Under the pieces are notes generated by a model that did no database searches, was not told the DNA's origin, and saw only the letters and a program-made list of their open reading frames with translations. Positions 35,860 through 47,686 of a DNA stretch of 64,000 nt are shown piece by piece; position 1 is the first letter of the stretch, and the number at the start of each line of letters is the position of its first letter. A program made the position numbers and the translations under genes. Location: the IMG/VR virus record IMGVR_UViG_3300030098_005409; one strand, given 5' to 3'. This DNA comes from a virus.

Positions 35860-38800
35860 TCTATATCTTCCGAAATGTATCTTACTGTTTCGTCAATCTT
35901 AACTAGTTCAACAAGAGAGAAGTAATCGTAAGGCCAGTTATAGCTGTAGTCTCCCACGGTTTCTGGGAAGGCTGACGTATCTTCAGTGACAAGCGATCTT
36001 CGGTATTTGTCATAAGATTTTTGTGCGCGTTTCTTGACCTTGAAAACCATCCACCGAATCTCATCTGAATCGCTAGCCAAAAGCTCAAGAACTTGTTTAT
36101 CATCAATGACAACTTCTTTTTGCTCAAACTTATCTCCTATGTCCGGTGGCAGGTTCTGCCACATGTCAGTAATGTCCTTCTGTGTTAGAGTGGCTGAGAA
36201 TTCAAATCCGTACATTAAAATAGGTGTAACGGTTTGGTTTATCACAAAATCAAACTTTGGCGGGAACACATATTTTTGCAATAGTCTTACAGTATCAGAG
36301 TATTGTTGGTTGTCTTTGTTTATTGGGAAGAACTCTCTGCGGTTCGCAACAGTCTTGAAGGGGATAGCTATAACTGCCTCTTCTAGTAACCCCGCGGTCT
36401 TGGGGTTTCCTATTCTCTTCGGCACACCGGTTTCAAACCCAACAACCTCTGCTAGTGAAAATTGTCCTGCTGGGGCGCCCTCTTTAATTCTAAGGAAGAT
36501 CCCTTCATTTTCTTGAGTTGGAAGTCTGCCATACTGGTGCCACATCCCATTAGTTTTAATTTGCGCCGAGCTAGAGAGCCCGGAATCGACAAAGCTAGCT
36601 GGTTGACTAGCGACAGTTACATTAGCAAAATTCAAAACAGGTGTTTCAAACTTTGATTGTAGTAGCCAAACTTTCTTCTGCTCATTAGTGCCTTCTGGAA
36701 CCTCTGTGAAGAACTGCGCTACATTAAACGAATCTCCAATGTTAACACTAACCTTGTCTTCCACATCCCATGGGTACGTAGTGGTATAGGTTATCTTTGC
36801 ATTTGATAAAATTTCGTCTAAGGTAGGCAATCCAGTCCTCGGCGCCTCGAACACAAAGTCTACACTTGCTGCGCCGTGATAGTAAGGAGGTACAACATGA
36901 TTAAAACTAGCAGACTGGGCTGCGTAGGTGCCCACGTCAAGCCCTTGACCAATTGGGTATCCAAATGCAGATTCTCTGGCGTACAAATCAAAAGCAGATC
37001 GATCAACATTCAGATTTGAATCTAAGGTTCTAAACAGGTCCGCTCTCATACGATATACGGAACCACTGGTCACAGTGTGGAATTGATCTTCTCGCTTGGA
37101 TCTGAACGATGTTAAGCCATCCATGAAGAAATTAGTTGTTTCGCACAAGAAGTTATCAATTGCCAACTCATAAAATTTTTGACCAGCGTTAATCTTAAAA
37201 AAGTCGGAGCCAGAGATGGGCGGCGATAGGGCGTGACGATTGTATAGCTGATCTTGATTACCAATTCCAGTGTCATAAACCGCTCCAGATCCAGAAATAA
37301 ACCCTTTCTCTAAAAATGCCAAGGGTCTCTGTACTGTTTCAAATGGCAATTTTTGTATTTGATATCCACTATTTTTAGAATTTGTTGGATCATTGGAAAT
37401 TACATTTAATAGCTTGTCATACTGTACGGTTCCTTCTGGAAGATGAGTTTGGACGCAGCTAGCGGTCGGAATACTTTCGTTCGCCTTAATATCCGAGTCA
37501 TTTGAGCCCGTGTTGGTAAGGACATAATTACTGACCGCAAGTCCAGATTTAATTGTATTAAACAAAATCCCTGGAGCTACAAGAGGCTCAAGAAATGTCC
37601 GGTATACTGCCTCTCTTCGGGTCGCGGCGCTTCCTGCAGTATCAACCTCGATATGGTCTCCGTAGGACTTCGACAGAATAGTTGCTAGTTCCAACGTTCT
37701 TTCAGCGGGGTAAAAACCCTTGTAAGGAAGGAACTTAATCATCGCATTACAACTAAGGGATAATTTATCTCTTTTAATTTTTAGATCTTCAGATCTCTTA
37801 TCGTGTAATGAATCGTCTACAACACTAAAGTATTTGATAAAATCAGAATTCGTGTACGTTTTAAAGAAATCAGAATTTGAACTATCATATATGGATGCGC
37901 CGGTCAAATTAAAGATGTTGTCGACATCAGCCAAAAAATCTCCCGACTTTGTGTCAATATAGGTTTCAATTAATTCGCTTATTCTAAATTCCGGGACGAT
38001 TGAATGATCCTTGCCAATTACAGCAATTCTTTCTGAGTAAGATGAATACTCTTCGTATGGCTTCTTTCCTGACTGCTGGGCTGCTAGCCATTCTGCGTCA
38101 CCGGCGTATACATATGGACTACTGGCGGCGGCGCTGGAAGATCCTGCCGGGACACGCGAGGCATACACCGGGGAAGCCTGAATGAATTTGCTTGCACCGG
38201 AGAATCTCCCATAAAATCTTGAATAAACATTCAACAATTCGCCCGAACCGGAGGTCGAGAGAAGTGCGCTGGGCGAGACGCCAGCTTGCTGGGAGTACGT
38301 GGTAGTAAAGTCTAGGTGACCATCAAGAGGCCATATACTTTCTCCAAATATTTCTGCTCCTTGAGAGTTGACATGCGGAGTCGAGGTAAACACACTAACA
38401 AAAACTGAGGGAGTTCGCTCTGATCTTGTATCGTTCCAAATGTTGGCGATAGTATATTTAGTTCGTCTTCTTACGATATTCTTGTAAGTATTTATCTCAG
38501 AAGGATATGCTCTTTCCTTGTAATCAATAATTGTACTTAGCTGGCTAGACGTTACAAACTGGAATACTCTATTCAAAGAGTTATTTGTTAAATCTGGAGC
38601 AGGGATATTCAAACGATTGTTCAAAGACTCATTGGAGAAAAAGTCTAGTTCGTTTCCATACGTTACCATCAGTGAAACGTTGTTGAGCGGATCCGAGTTC
38701 TCTGTATTATCCTCAAGCATTACGCTTGTAGGCGCATAGCGGCTACTAACTGGTTGCTCGGTGTAATCAACAAAGCCATTAGATTTTAGACCACGAACAA

Positions 38801-41800
38801 ACTGGTACTTTGTACCATCGGTCAATATAACGGGTACTTGCGGTGGCGGGATTACCAAGCCGATCTGATTTGTCTCGCGTAAGGTTCTGGCAACTTTTGT
38901 TTCCCCAGTTCGGATCTGTTTCCAAGTTGGATACCCATATGGACCATTTCTGCTTGTGTTAACAAAATTAAAGTAATCTGCAGCCGTGTCGAGCGGGGGA
39001 GTAACCCAGTAATCATCATTATTGTATGAGGCGCTGGCATTTACTGCTAGAGGGAACCCAAGAATATGAGAAGAAGCAGTTAGCGGATCCAGAACACGAG
39101 TTGTTAATCCGACAAAAGTTAGATCACTATAGTCTGTTCCAGAGACTATCAATTCACCTAACGTGCTGGCGCTATAATAAGTTGGCGCCTGCAAGCCAAA
39201 AATTCTAGCACCAGAAGCCAATGATGCAGTGACCCAAGAGTATTGTTGCGTAGACTGAGGTATTGCGTGTTGCACAAACAGATTGTCAAACACTGAGCTG
39301 TTTGTCCCGCCCTCTTCAACAACTGTCTTGGTGTTTCTGTTAGTCTTGTGCCATGAGGGAGTTGTTACATAAGTTAACGACGGAACAGTTCCGAAAACCG
39401 GATCATGCCCAAAGGCGCCGGCATGTAGGGTCGCTAGCTGATTGAGGCCCCGGGGTTTATCAAGTTGGTCATTAGCCCTAATTGATCCGGTCAGGCTATT
39501 ATCAGTATTAGAGCCGGATAACCCTCTGTTGATGATACCAAGATTTCTATAAGGCAGTGCGTTATAGACAGATAGTTCTTCGTGTGCTGGGTCTCTATAT
39601 CCCCGGGACATAACTTCATATGAGCCGGGGGAGGAGAACAGATTTACAAAGATAGTCTTGTTAGAATTTGCACCTGTTCGATTGGGAAGTTGATATTCTA
39701 GGTCGCCGCCAACATTTTCTGTTGATGTTTCAGTAAGCGGGAACCGGCCCCTTGTCGCTAGCGTTTCGGGATTTGCTGCAAAACTGAATGATTGATCTTG
39801 AAAGAACAAATCGTTAATAGAGCGTCCAGAAGTTTGTATAACTTGATAGTTCTTTTGATAATTGCCGATCGGGTTATGCACCAGGGTGCCAGATAGTTTA
39901 GTGCCAACCGCTGCTGTCGTCATTAGAATATTTTTAATATTTACGGGTCGCTTAGCTGTTTCATCTCGGAAGCGCTCGGCGGTCGCCAAGTCTGGCAACC
40001 AGCCGTGAGGGGCTGCGCCGGCGGGGGAATCTGGGAACGGATAGTTGGGGGGAATAATTCCGAGAGCACCTACGGCTCCGGTAGGAATTTCGGCACTGCT
40101 CGTGTCCAAACCAAGAGCTAGCCTGAACCCTTCAGCACGACTTTCTCTTGTATCTGAACCAGCATTCAATTCAGTGTGACGATAGTAGCGACCTCCGACA
40201 AACTTTTCTGTGAATGGGCTTTGTGCCGGGATATCGGTGTCAAAAACGAAATCATGGTGAAGGTTAGTGATTGTCACTCCCGGCTTATAAGAACTAGAAA
40301 TTGTGGCATTAAAAGTTGTTTGCTCAGTTGTTTCATATAGACTGAACGGCGCCAGTTTATTGCCGTTCATCTTCAGCTTATCGTTATTTCCTCTGTTGAT
40401 ATCCGGATTAAGTCCAAATCCTAGTCTTTGTTTGTAATTTGGATAAAACTCGTCACTTGTGTCTAACAAACTTTCTACATCCGTATCAAACGACAACATA
40501 ATATTTATTGGGATGTTAGAGGATGCACTAACTGGACCATAAGGCTGTGTCGCCTGAAATGTGAAATTGACATCTTTATTCTGATGCTGCCCTACACCCC
40601 CTAAAACTTTAGAGCCACCAACAGAAAACCGATACGGCCTGAGGTTTTCTCGGACTGCTACCTGATCAATAACAGACAAGATCGCACCCCTAGAATTCTC
40701 CACGGCTGTGCTTTCGGCAATTGCTGGATTATCTCTTTCCGCTTTATTCTTCCACCAAAGATACTTCTTTTTCTGATCACCATCTTCCGGCGCATGCACA
40801 TACTTCCATTTTTGAACCAGATCTCGGGTCGACAAGCCAACTGTCCTTCTTCTTGGGGCGTGAGCGGGATAGAACCCTGTTCCTTGCGGGTCATCATCGG
40901 GTGATGAAATAGCATCTCCATAATCTACATTACTTTCAAGAGATGAAGAAAATACGTTGTTCTCAGAGTCTATGAACGGGAAAACATTTCTGTATTTGCT
41001 TCTTTCTAAGGCATGGCTCTCCACAACCGTTCGCACATTGTCAGCAAAATCGGCAGAGGCAGGAACAAGCTGGCCGAGCATAAAAGACAGAGAAGAATCA
41101 AACCATTTATAGAATTCGTAGAAACGATCAAAATCTATTTCATCATTTCCTACTTTTTCAAAGAATTTTTGTCTTACAAACTTGAGTGTCTTATACTCGT
41201 CGCGATAACGATTAACGGGATTCCCAATTAAGTTATTAAAGTCCCTTAATGTTCCAAACGTATTAATCATTTCTTCAGAGATAATCTTGCTCATACTCTT
41301 TTCAAAAGCAAAGAAATAATTTATTGGTCTAGAATCGATCTTAAACTCTTTTTGATCTTGAGCGCTTAAAACCTGAACCGTCTCAGCTGGCGCTATCGTC
41401 TCCAGTTCGTTGGGTCGGGCAATAACAACAAAGTCCTTCTTGATTGCTGACGTAGAAGACGCCTCAAAGCCAAAGCCTTTCGCAGTTACTTGTTTATTAA
41501 TGACGTCTCCTATCCATCCAAATCTAGATGCCGCTAGGGCCGCGGATCCGGAAGATTCATCCTGCACCGTAAATTCACCTGATGCATTCGAGCCCGTGTT
41601 TTGGCTAAATTCCCAATTAAATGCTAGTGTGTCTAGTTTTGATACTTCACCGTATGATGCGTCCGTATCCCACGGAAATGCATATTGACTTGGGTTCAGA
41701 GCACCATGATTTTCAGTATCTAGTGCATGTTCTTCTAGGGCTTTATCTTCAACGTAATCTAACCAGAAGCGACAAGAATTAATTCTTACGTCAGAAGTCT

Positions 41801-44339
41801 GGAGGATGGCGCCCGTAACATTTGTACGGTGAGAGCCTAGGAAAACTCTTCTTGAGCCGCTAATAAAAGAATCCGGGGGAGCACTAATAGTATCTGAAAC
41901 AGAAAACGTATTTATAACCTCCCCTGATCTTACCTCGACCCCGTGAAGGACTACTGTATAGTTTCCGGTGTCGGCTCCTCCAACAAAATCAGTCAAAGGG
42001 TGATTTTCGGGTTTTATTCTAACAGACAAATTCCAAGTAGAATCCGTGTAAAGGCTTTCGTATAAGGATGATGTTAATTCCGGGACATAACCGCCGGCGG
42101 TCCCAGTAAGCATAAAGTAGGCATTATCAGAATCTAGCTCGTCGCGAACCGAGAATACTTGAAAGTTAACCGCATCCGGGGTCATCCATGTTGTATCTGC
42201 CTCGTTGGAGGTTGCGCCGTGCACGCCAAAAATAGAGGAACTAATAGCATTTGTAAAGAAATAACCTCCGTCCTCAGATGCTAAAGGCTTTGTTGGGAAT
42301 GTAACATCTGCTTCTAGCGTAACCGCGTAACCGCCAGTTAACTCAGTTGCAGCTGCTATAACACCGGTTGAGCCCGGGGTAAGAGATGACGAAAATGAAT
42401 ATACAACAGCGTTTTTATTAGTATCATTATTAAAATTAACTAACTTGTCATTAACAAGAATATTTCTTCTATTTTCCCGGAACTCGTACTCAGTACCCTG
42501 AGCGTACATATTAAGCTTAATTAACTCGTCGTCAATTCCGAATGAGCGAATAAGGTTTCTAAAAGATTTTTCAGTTCCTTTAGATTTGTAAATGTAAGTT
42601 AAGTTGTTGTAGATATTCTGATAGATAATATTTTTAATATCATTTAAAGATTTATCATAAATCCTATCTTCACTTCTGTCGGCTAACTTCTCTAGCACAT
42701 CAGCATCAAGAAAGATCTCTGGGGATACAAAGCCATGTGAGTTTAGTTTCTTATAAGAATGGGGAAACGGTTTGTCACTCCCACTTATATATTCAACATT
42801 TTTTAAATTATTCAACTCCGAAGTTTGAATATGGAGAGTGTCAAAATAACTAGAAATAATTTGAGTCAAGTATTTTGTTTGCTTTTGACCCTCTGAGTCT
42901 TCTTCCGTAATCCACGCGGGAATTGAGTTATAGATAGAGGCGTTGTTGCCTACATCGTAAGCGGAGCCAGATTCTGCTAAATTTGTCTTAAGCGCGATGA
43001 CATCTGGATGATTTGATCTAATGATTGGGTCTAAAAATTCCTTTGTTGCTGCATTTGATAGAACTATGGCCGAGCCGGTGTTTCTGGAATTGGAGCCGTA
43101 GCCGGTCCAGGTGCCGTTTGTGACACGCCCAGCGTAATCAAGAACTACACTATCAGTTGCAGCTATCCCAGTGATACCCTCATTAAACTTATAGTAAACA
43201 CCTAATTTAGTATTAACATCTTCCTGGGTATCCGTTAACGGTTTTGGATCCGAGTTGGTTCCACCGCCAATCTGACTTATAAAATACCTTCCTACATCTT
43301 TAGCGCTTCTCTTGGTTTTCCAATACCTAAATTCGTCTAAGGAACCCGACAACTTACCAGAACCAGCAGGTACCGCTGTTCCCGAAGGCGCTGTTTGGAT
43401 GGCGCCGATGTAAGCTCGTAAAGCACCGGTGACTTCACCTATAATCTTAGTGCCAAGAAGTGCGGTGCGGTTAATCGTCCCATCAACATAGAATTTAGTT
43501 TTTATAGCACTGCTACGGTGATTCTGCAGCGAAATAGCATAATGGTGCCAATTTCCATCTGCCAAAGATGCAGTTGTAAAGGAAGTCGCGGAGATTGATT
43601 GTTGGTAAACACCAGTAGTACCAGACTGGGCTGTAACAAGAACCGGCGTGGTTCCGTCCGTTGAAGCAGACAGTTCGATTGTTAGGCGTCCATAAGATGT
43701 TGATCCAGAAGCTTCTCCGTTCCAAAGATCAAAAATCACTTCTTTTTCAGTTAAGTTAGAATAGAATTGACTTTTATTTAGCCAGAACTCAACTGTTACG
43801 CCATCTGCCAGATTATACTTAAGATTGCTTTCTCTATTTGTGCTAGTGTCGTAGTAGTTGGATCCAGTAAATTGCGATGAATATGGCGTCATGCCATTTG
43901 GATTTGGGTGAGGACCACCTTCAAGATAAATGTATTCTAAAGAAGATGGTAAGCCATAGCCAGAGGTCTTTGTTGTCGACCCCCATCCATCTGCAGATAT
44001 AATAGCATACCCATTCGTTCTGGGATAGAGGTTATCAAGGATATGCAGGTCAATAAAAGTTGATTCGTTCTCCCACTTTAGTCTTTCCCTCAAAGATCCA
44101 TCGTAGGGGTAAGTTTCATAAATTCTCTCAATTGACTGAACGTAATATTCTTCTGCCGAACCATACCGAGCAAAGTTAGCTGGATCTGAAAAATCTACAT
44201 TCGGAATGTATCGTTTTTCATGAATGATATCTTCTTTGTGATATCCAACTGACTCAACCTCTCCACCAATATCCTTTGCGGATTTGTTTGAGAGAGAGTT
44301 TATTTTTGTTGCTTTATCAAATAAGGTTTTGAAACTCAT
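35856..44339 (-). CDS. Giant baseplate/tail protein with LamG/concanavalin-like domain (2827 aa)
   Basis: TVEFW...WHHYAISL...FYVDG...SGSLDEFRYW LamG-type strands; N-terminal NFARYGSAE-x-YY. Confidence 0.7.
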   Translation of the reverse strand: MSFKTLFDKATKINSLSNKSAKDIGGEVESVGYHKEDIIHEKRYIPNVDFSDPANFARYGSAEEYYVQSIERIYETYPYDGSLRERLKWENESTFIDLHILDNLYPRTNGYAIISADGWGSTTKTSGYGLPSSLEYIYLEGGPHPNPNGMTPYSSQFTGSNYYDTSTNRESNLKYNLADGVTVEFWLNKSQFYSNLTEKEVIFDLWNGEASGSTSYGRLTIELSASTDGTTPVLVTAQSGTTGVYQQSISATSFTTASLADGNWHHYAISLQNHRSSAIKTKFYVDGTINRTALLGTKIIGEVTGALRAYIGAIQTAPSGTAVPAGSGKLSGSLDEFRYWKTKRSAKDVGRYFISQIGGGTNSDPKPLTDTQEDVNTKLGVYYKFNEGITGIAATDSVVLDYAGRVTNGTWTGYGSNSRNTGSAIVLSNAATKEFLDPIIRSNHPDVIALKTNLAESGSAYDVGNNASIYNSIPAWITEEDSEGQKQTKYLTQIISSYFDTLHIQTSELNNLKNVEYISGSDKPFPHSYKKLNSHGFVSPEIFLDADVLEKLADRSEDRIYDKSLNDIKNIIYQNIYNNLTYIYKSKGTEKSFRNLIRSFGIDDELIKLNMYAQGTEYEFRENRRNILVNDKLVNFNNDTNKNAVVYSFSSSLTPGSTGVIAAATELTGGYAVTLEADVTFPTKPLASEDGGYFFTNAISSSIFGVHGATSNEADTTWMTPDAVNFQVFSVRDELDSDNAYFMLTGTAGGYVPELTSSLYESLYTDSTWNLSVRIKPENHPLTDFVGGADTGNYTVVLHGVEVRSGEVINTFSVSDTISAPPDSFISGSRRVFLGSHRTNVTGAILQTSDVRINSCRFWLDYVEDKALEEHALDTENHGALNPSQYAFPWDTDASYGEVSKLDTLAFNWEFSQNTGSNASGEFTVQDESSGSAALAASRFGWIGDVINKQVTAKGFGFEASSTSAIKKDFVVIARPNELETIAPAETVQVLSAQDQKEFKIDSRPINYFFAFEKSMSKIISEEMINTFGTLRDFNNLIGNPVNRYRDEYKTLKFVRQKFFEKVGNDEIDFDRFYEFYKWFDSSLSFMLGQLVPASADFADNVRTVVESHALERSKYRNVFPFIDSENNVFSSSLESNVDYGDAISSPDDDPQGTGFYPAHAPRRRTVGLSTRDLVQKWKYVHAPEDGDQKKKYLWWKNKAERDNPAIAESTAVENSRGAILSVIDQVAVRENLRPYRFSVGGSKVLGGVGQHQNKDVNFTFQATQPYGPVSASSNIPINIMLSFDTDVESLLDTSDEFYPNYKQRLGFGLNPDINRGNNDKLKMNGNKLAPFSLYETTEQTTFNATISSSYKPGVTITNLHHDFVFDTDIPAQSPFTEKFVGGRYYRHTELNAGSDTRESRAEGFRLALGLDTSSAEIPTGAVGALGIIPPNYPFPDSPAGAAPHGWLPDLATAERFRDETAKRPVNIKNILMTTAAVGTKLSGTLVHNPIGNYQKNYQVIQTSGRSINDLFFQDQSFSFAANPETLATRGRFPLTETSTENVGGDLEYQLPNRTGANSNKTIFVNLFSSPGSYEVMSRGYRDPAHEELSVYNALPYRNLGIINRGLSGSNTDNSLTGSIRANDQLDKPRGLNQLATLHAGAFGHDPVFGTVPSLTYVTTPSWHKTNRNTKTVVEEGGTNSSVFDNLFVQHAIPQSTQQYSWVTASLASGARIFGLQAPTYYSASTLGELIVSGTDYSDLTFVGLTTRVLDPLTASSHILGFPLAVNASASYNNDDYWVTPPLDTAADYFNFVNTSRNGPYGYPTWKQIRTGETKVARTLRETNQIGLVIPPPQVPVILTDGTKYQFVRGLKSNGFVDYTEQPVSSRYAPTSVMLEDNTENSDPLNNVSLMVTYGNELDFFSNESLNNRLNIPAPDLTNNSLNRVFQFVTSSQLSTIIDYKERAYPSEINTYKNIVRRRTKYTIANIWNDTRSERTPSVFVSVFTSTPHVNSQGAEIFGESIWPLDGHLDFTTTYSQQAGVSPSALLSTSGSGELLNVYSRFYGRFSGASKFIQASPVYASRVPAGSSSAAASSPYVYAGDAEWLAAQQSGKKPYEEYSSYSERIAVIGKDHSIVPEFRISELIETYIDTKSGDFLADVDNIFNLTGASIYDSSNSDFFKTYTNSDFIKYFSVVDDSLHDKRSEDLKIKRDKLSLSCNAMIKFLPYKGFYPAERTLELATILSKSYGDHIEVDTAGSAATRREAVYRTFLEPLVAPGILFNTIKSGLAVSNYVLTNTGSNDSDIKANESIPTASCVQTHLPEGTVQYDKLLNVISNDPTNSKNSGYQIQKLPFETVQRPLAFLEKGFISGSGAVYDTGIGNQDQLYNRHALSPPISGSDFFKINAGQKFYELAIDNFLCETTNFFMDGLTSFRSKREDQFHTVTSGSVYRMRADLFRTLDSNLNVDRSAFDLYARESAFGYPIGQGLDVGTYAAQSASFNHVVPPYYHGAASVDFVFEAPRTGLPTLDEILSNAKITYTTTYPWDVEDKVSVNIGDSFNVAQFFTEVPEGTNEQKKVWLLQSKFETPVLNFANVTVASQPASFVDSGLSSSAQIKTNGMWHQYGRLPTQENEGIFLRIKEGAPAGQFSLAEVVGFETGVPKRIGNPKTAGLLEEAVIAIPFKTVANRREFFPINKDNQQYSDTVRLLQKYVFPPKFDFVINQTVTPILMYGFEFSATLTQKDITDMWQNLPPDIGDKFEQKEVVIDDKQVLELLASDSDEIRWMVFKVKKRAQKSYDKYRRSLVTEDTSAFPETVGDYSYNWPYDYFSLVELVKIDETVRYISEDIE

Positions 44340-44349
44340 ACTTTAATTA

Positions 44350-45876
44350 TTATTCAACTCTAAATTTAAACGTTTGAGGTTGCTCTTGCCAGCTACCAAT
44401 ACTATCATTGTAATAAGACAATCTTATTTCGTACATATAATCTGCCTCTAGCAAGGACATATCTAAATCGAAAAAATTACCCTCTTTGTCGTAAGATAGG
44501 TAAGTGCTCTGATTTGAACCTGTCCCATACGGAATGGCTGCTAAATTATCTGTGACGCGGTGAATAGAGAAAGAAGCGCTCTCAATAATATCGGTTGGGT
44601 TATTGGCAGTTGCTATTGTGTAAAGTGTTGGAGACCAATCTCTATCGCGGACGAAGAACCTAAACCTTGCCGTGTCTTGTGCAGAGTATGTTTTTTTAAG
44701 ATTTTTACAAGATGTAATTCTATTAAATGTTGGCGCGCTATCGTATGATGGCATTAACTCTGGAAAGAAGGACCCAGTAAAATATTCTACGCTGCCCGAG
44801 TGCCATACATCGTGTATCTCTTGTAAGGGCGTAGCGGCCGCTGTAAGGGCTATGTCGCAAGAATAGATGCCCACACTCGTGTGACTGCCCGTAGCGTTAA
44901 CGTCGCCCGTAGAGGAGACGCTACCGCCCCCTTGAAGAGAGAGCTTAGCGCCGACGGGAGATCCATTTGAACTTGAGTAAAATGAAACAAGTATATTATT
45001 TGTTCCAACTGATGGAATGTTGTTTAGACCGCGTCGACCGTAGTTATAAAGCTGCAGCGTGTTTAGGTTATCCGTTGCGGTAGCCCGGGATGAAGAGAAA
45101 TAAAAGTTTTCTCTGTCGTCCATTGTGCGCGAATCGTATCGTGCCTCTATGACCGGACGTTTGAAGAAATACTCAGTAGATCTCGCGAAAAACTTCTTGG
45201 TGTAATATGACTGTGTAGCACCATCGACGTTTTGAATCACAGAGCCCGAATTAGTTCCCAGAGAAGATGAAAAATACGCCTCCTGAGACGCAGTTAAGCG
45301 TATCCCAAAACCATAGTTGTTGGCAAAAGCCGGATCCGCACCAGAAATCCATCTTTCTACCACGTCACTAACATCTAATTCTAAGTTTTCATAGCCCTGT
45401 GGGAAACTAACATTATAGTTTGAGGCAGTTCTATAATCACCGCCAACACTTGTCCAAGAGGTGCTGGCGTTCGCTTTAACCCAATTGGACACACCCAAGT
45501 CCTGATAATTATCCATATCCAGCCCCGTCCCCTCTGTCCAAGAGCGTGAGACGGGCGCGACAATTAAATTAAAATCTTGCGGAAGTGTAAATGGATGCTC
45601 TGCATTAAACATCTTAAGATAGAACGATACCGATCCGGATGCCGGAATTATACCAGCTGTCCTGTCAGCTGAGATGGAAGAAATTGGAAACTGAATTAAA
45701 ACTCTTGATAGTTCCTGTGATTGGCCACTGGAGCCCGATTCTTGTCCATAAATTGAAAATACCTCAAGTGAATCCGCATACCCCATATTGGAGCCGGTAC
45801 CTCTTGTGGCGAGACTAGCCTCGTAAGCGTTTGTGATTGTATTATCAGCGCTAGCCGTGTATCTTAAGATAGCCAT
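44350..45876 (-). CDS. Virion structural protein (508 aa)
   Basis: DNTIT..SRVLIQF...W-x-EG-x-G...DVSDVV-x-RW...NYGFGI..FFAR..RP-x-IE beta-sandwich pattern; next to gp6-like gene. Confidence 0.65.
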   Translation of the reverse strand: MAILRYTASADNTITNAYEASLATRGTGSNMGYADSLEVFSIYGQESGSSGQSQELSRVLIQFPISSISADRTAGIIPASGSVSFYLKMFNAEHPFTLPQDFNLIVAPVSRSWTEGTGLDMDNYQDLGVSNWVKANASTSWTSVGGDYRTASNYNVSFPQGYENLELDVSDVVERWISGADPAFANNYGFGIRLTASQEAYFSSSLGTNSGSVIQNVDGATQSYYTKKFFARSTEYFFKRPVIEARYDSRTMDDRENFYFSSSRATATDNLNTLQLYNYGRRGLNNIPSVGTNNILVSFYSSSNGSPVGAKLSLQGGGSVSSTGDVNATGSHTSVGIYSCDIALTAAATPLQEIHDVWHSGSVEYFTGSFFPELMPSYDSAPTFNRITSCKNLKKTYSAQDTARFRFFVRDRDWSPTLYTIATANNPTDIIESASFSIHRVTDNLAAIPYGTGSNQSTYLSYDKEGNFFDLDMSLLEADYMYEIRLSYYNDSIGSWQEQPQTFKFRVE

Positions 45877-47669
45877 TATCTAATAGACCCCTTAATATCT
45901 ACATTTGGATACTTTAATTCAAAAATCACATTTGGCTGTGCTTCAATCATTCTACCATCTGACGACAAAGCCGCATCAAAATCATAGTTGGATTCTGAAT
46001 ATATCCCGCCTGACTTCAAGCCAACATCAACAGATGTAACGTCGACGACACCATTGACTTTTTGTAACTCTCTGTAAACATCTGTAATTCTTATCGGCTC
46101 TCCGATATCCTGCTTCATAGCAAACTTATTGGCCAGTTTTTGGTTACAATTGCTAATAACATCAAATCGATTCGCATTAATATCAGTTAGTATTTCATAA
46201 CTAATGTCAAAATTAACAATCTCAGCATCTAGAATGTCAACCGTATCAGATATCATTTTATATTGGGTAATCCAATTTTTTAAATTATTTTTAAGTGTTG
46301 TGTTGGCAGCGACCAACTTTCCAGCGCTGTTCTCCGACATTACATAAATGTTAACATTTCTCTTAAACTCATCTGGGTCTTTTAGGACGGCGACTCTCTT
46401 TATCATTCCAAATTTTGCTGGCATGCCATAGCAAATTGCTTGATAATCCTGTGCCGTGACAGCCCTATTCTGTGTTGCAAAATAACTAAATGCTCTTTGT
46501 CGAATCTCTTCGGATGAGGGCAGCGATACACTTCCAACAAACTGCTCTTCATTTGTTGCTTCCAAAGAGTTAATGACTGAATTTCTGTTGCCCAAAGATA
46601 ATGCTCCTTGGTTACCAAACTTAAAGTTAGCCGATGCTACACCTGTGATAGTATCAACGGCAGCATTAACATCTGATGTTGTGTTGAAACGATACTGAAT
46701 ATTTAATGTTGTATTCGATGGTCCAATGCCAAACTTATCTGTATCAATAAGCTTGGTAGGATCAAAGTCAGCATCAGTAGTGTAAGTTCTGCCGTTTAAA
46801 TCTAGCACAACCTCTGTTGGATCGACAACCGGATTAGTAAGTTCATTACTGTCAGATCCATACCCAAATTGTATAAATGTCTGGTTGTCAACTGTCTCGA
46901 CAACAAACCTTCTGGCCACTGGCGTAGCTTTCAGCAAATTAGGTACCGTCGTGCGTGTTGTCGTTGTGTTTCTTATTGCTTTATAGATAATGTTCTGCGA
47001 GAGGTGATCCACCTCAAAGTACTCATTGCCTTCAGAATCTGTCACGCTAATGATGTTGGATACATTTGTTACCCCTAAAGGAACTTTTCTAAATCTCTCA
47101 AAGCTTCCGATCGTAAAACTTTCAGTTCCGGACCTACCCGAAACAGCGGTTCCCATCGCTCTAATTACATATGTGAGGGGCGCACCAGTTGTAGAATCGG
47201 CAGAACCAACAACCACCTGATTGCCTTCTTTATCGAAGTCTACATCTTCTAAAAGGGAGTAAAACCCCCCGCCAGTCGACGTAAATGTGGAACCAGCCTG
47301 CAGGACGGGGATAAGTGCTGAATCCGGTCCTAAGCCAGTGCTGTCCGCAGGAACTTCAATAAAAAATGTCATTTTCCCATATGATGATGGGCTTGTCTGA
47401 AGTTTATATCCAAGCTGTCTGGCTAATTTTACAACATTCCTGTATTCAACGGCGCTGTCCAGGAATGTCTCGTTCATTTGATAATCAAGATAGAACGATA
47501 AAATATCCCCGACGTAAGACACGGTGTCAAGCATCAGAGATCCAAATGATGCTCTATTGAAGTCCTTGTAGGTGTTTGGATAGTATCTTTTGGCGAATTC
47601 TTCTAGATCTCGCCGGATCGATTCAAAATCTCTACTCGTATAATTGATTGCAACGTTCTTTTTGGACAT
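45876..47669 (-). CDS. Baseplate wedge protein (T4 gp6-like)
   Basis: YTSRDF-x-SI...DF-x-x-ASFG-x-LML...LA-x-QLGYK, YEVD-x-LSQ, FG-x-G, QNRAVTAQDY motifs. Confidence 0.85.
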   Translation of the reverse strand: MSKKNVAINYTSRDFESIRRDLEEFAKRYYPNTYKDFNRASFGSLMLDTVSYVGDILSFYLDYQMNETFLDSAVEYRNVVKLARQLGYKLQTSPSSYGKMTFFIEVPADSTGLGPDSALIPVLQAGSTFTSTGGGFYSLLEDVDFDKEGNQVVVGSADSTTGAPLTYVIRAMGTAVSGRSGTESFTIGSFERFRKVPLGVTNVSNIISVTDSEGNEYFEVDHLSQNIIYKAIRNTTTTRTTVPNLLKATPVARRFVVETVDNQTFIQFGYGSDSNELTNPVVDPTEVVLDLNGRTYTTDADFDPTKLIDTDKFGIGPSNTTLNIQYRFNTTSDVNAAVDTITGVASANFKFGNQGALSLGNRNSVINSLEATNEEQFVGSVSLPSSEEIRQRAFSYFATQNRAVTAQDYQAICYGMPAKFGMIKRVAVLKDPDEFKRNVNIYVMSENSAGKLVAANTTLKNNLKNWITQYKMISDTVDILDAEIVNFDISYEILTDINANRFDVISNCNQKLANKFAMKQDIGEPIRITDVYRELQKVNGVVDVTSVDVGLKSGGIYSESNYDFDAALSSDGRMIEAQPNVIFELKYPNVDIKGSIR

Positions 47670-47686
47670 CTACTTCTACACCTTTT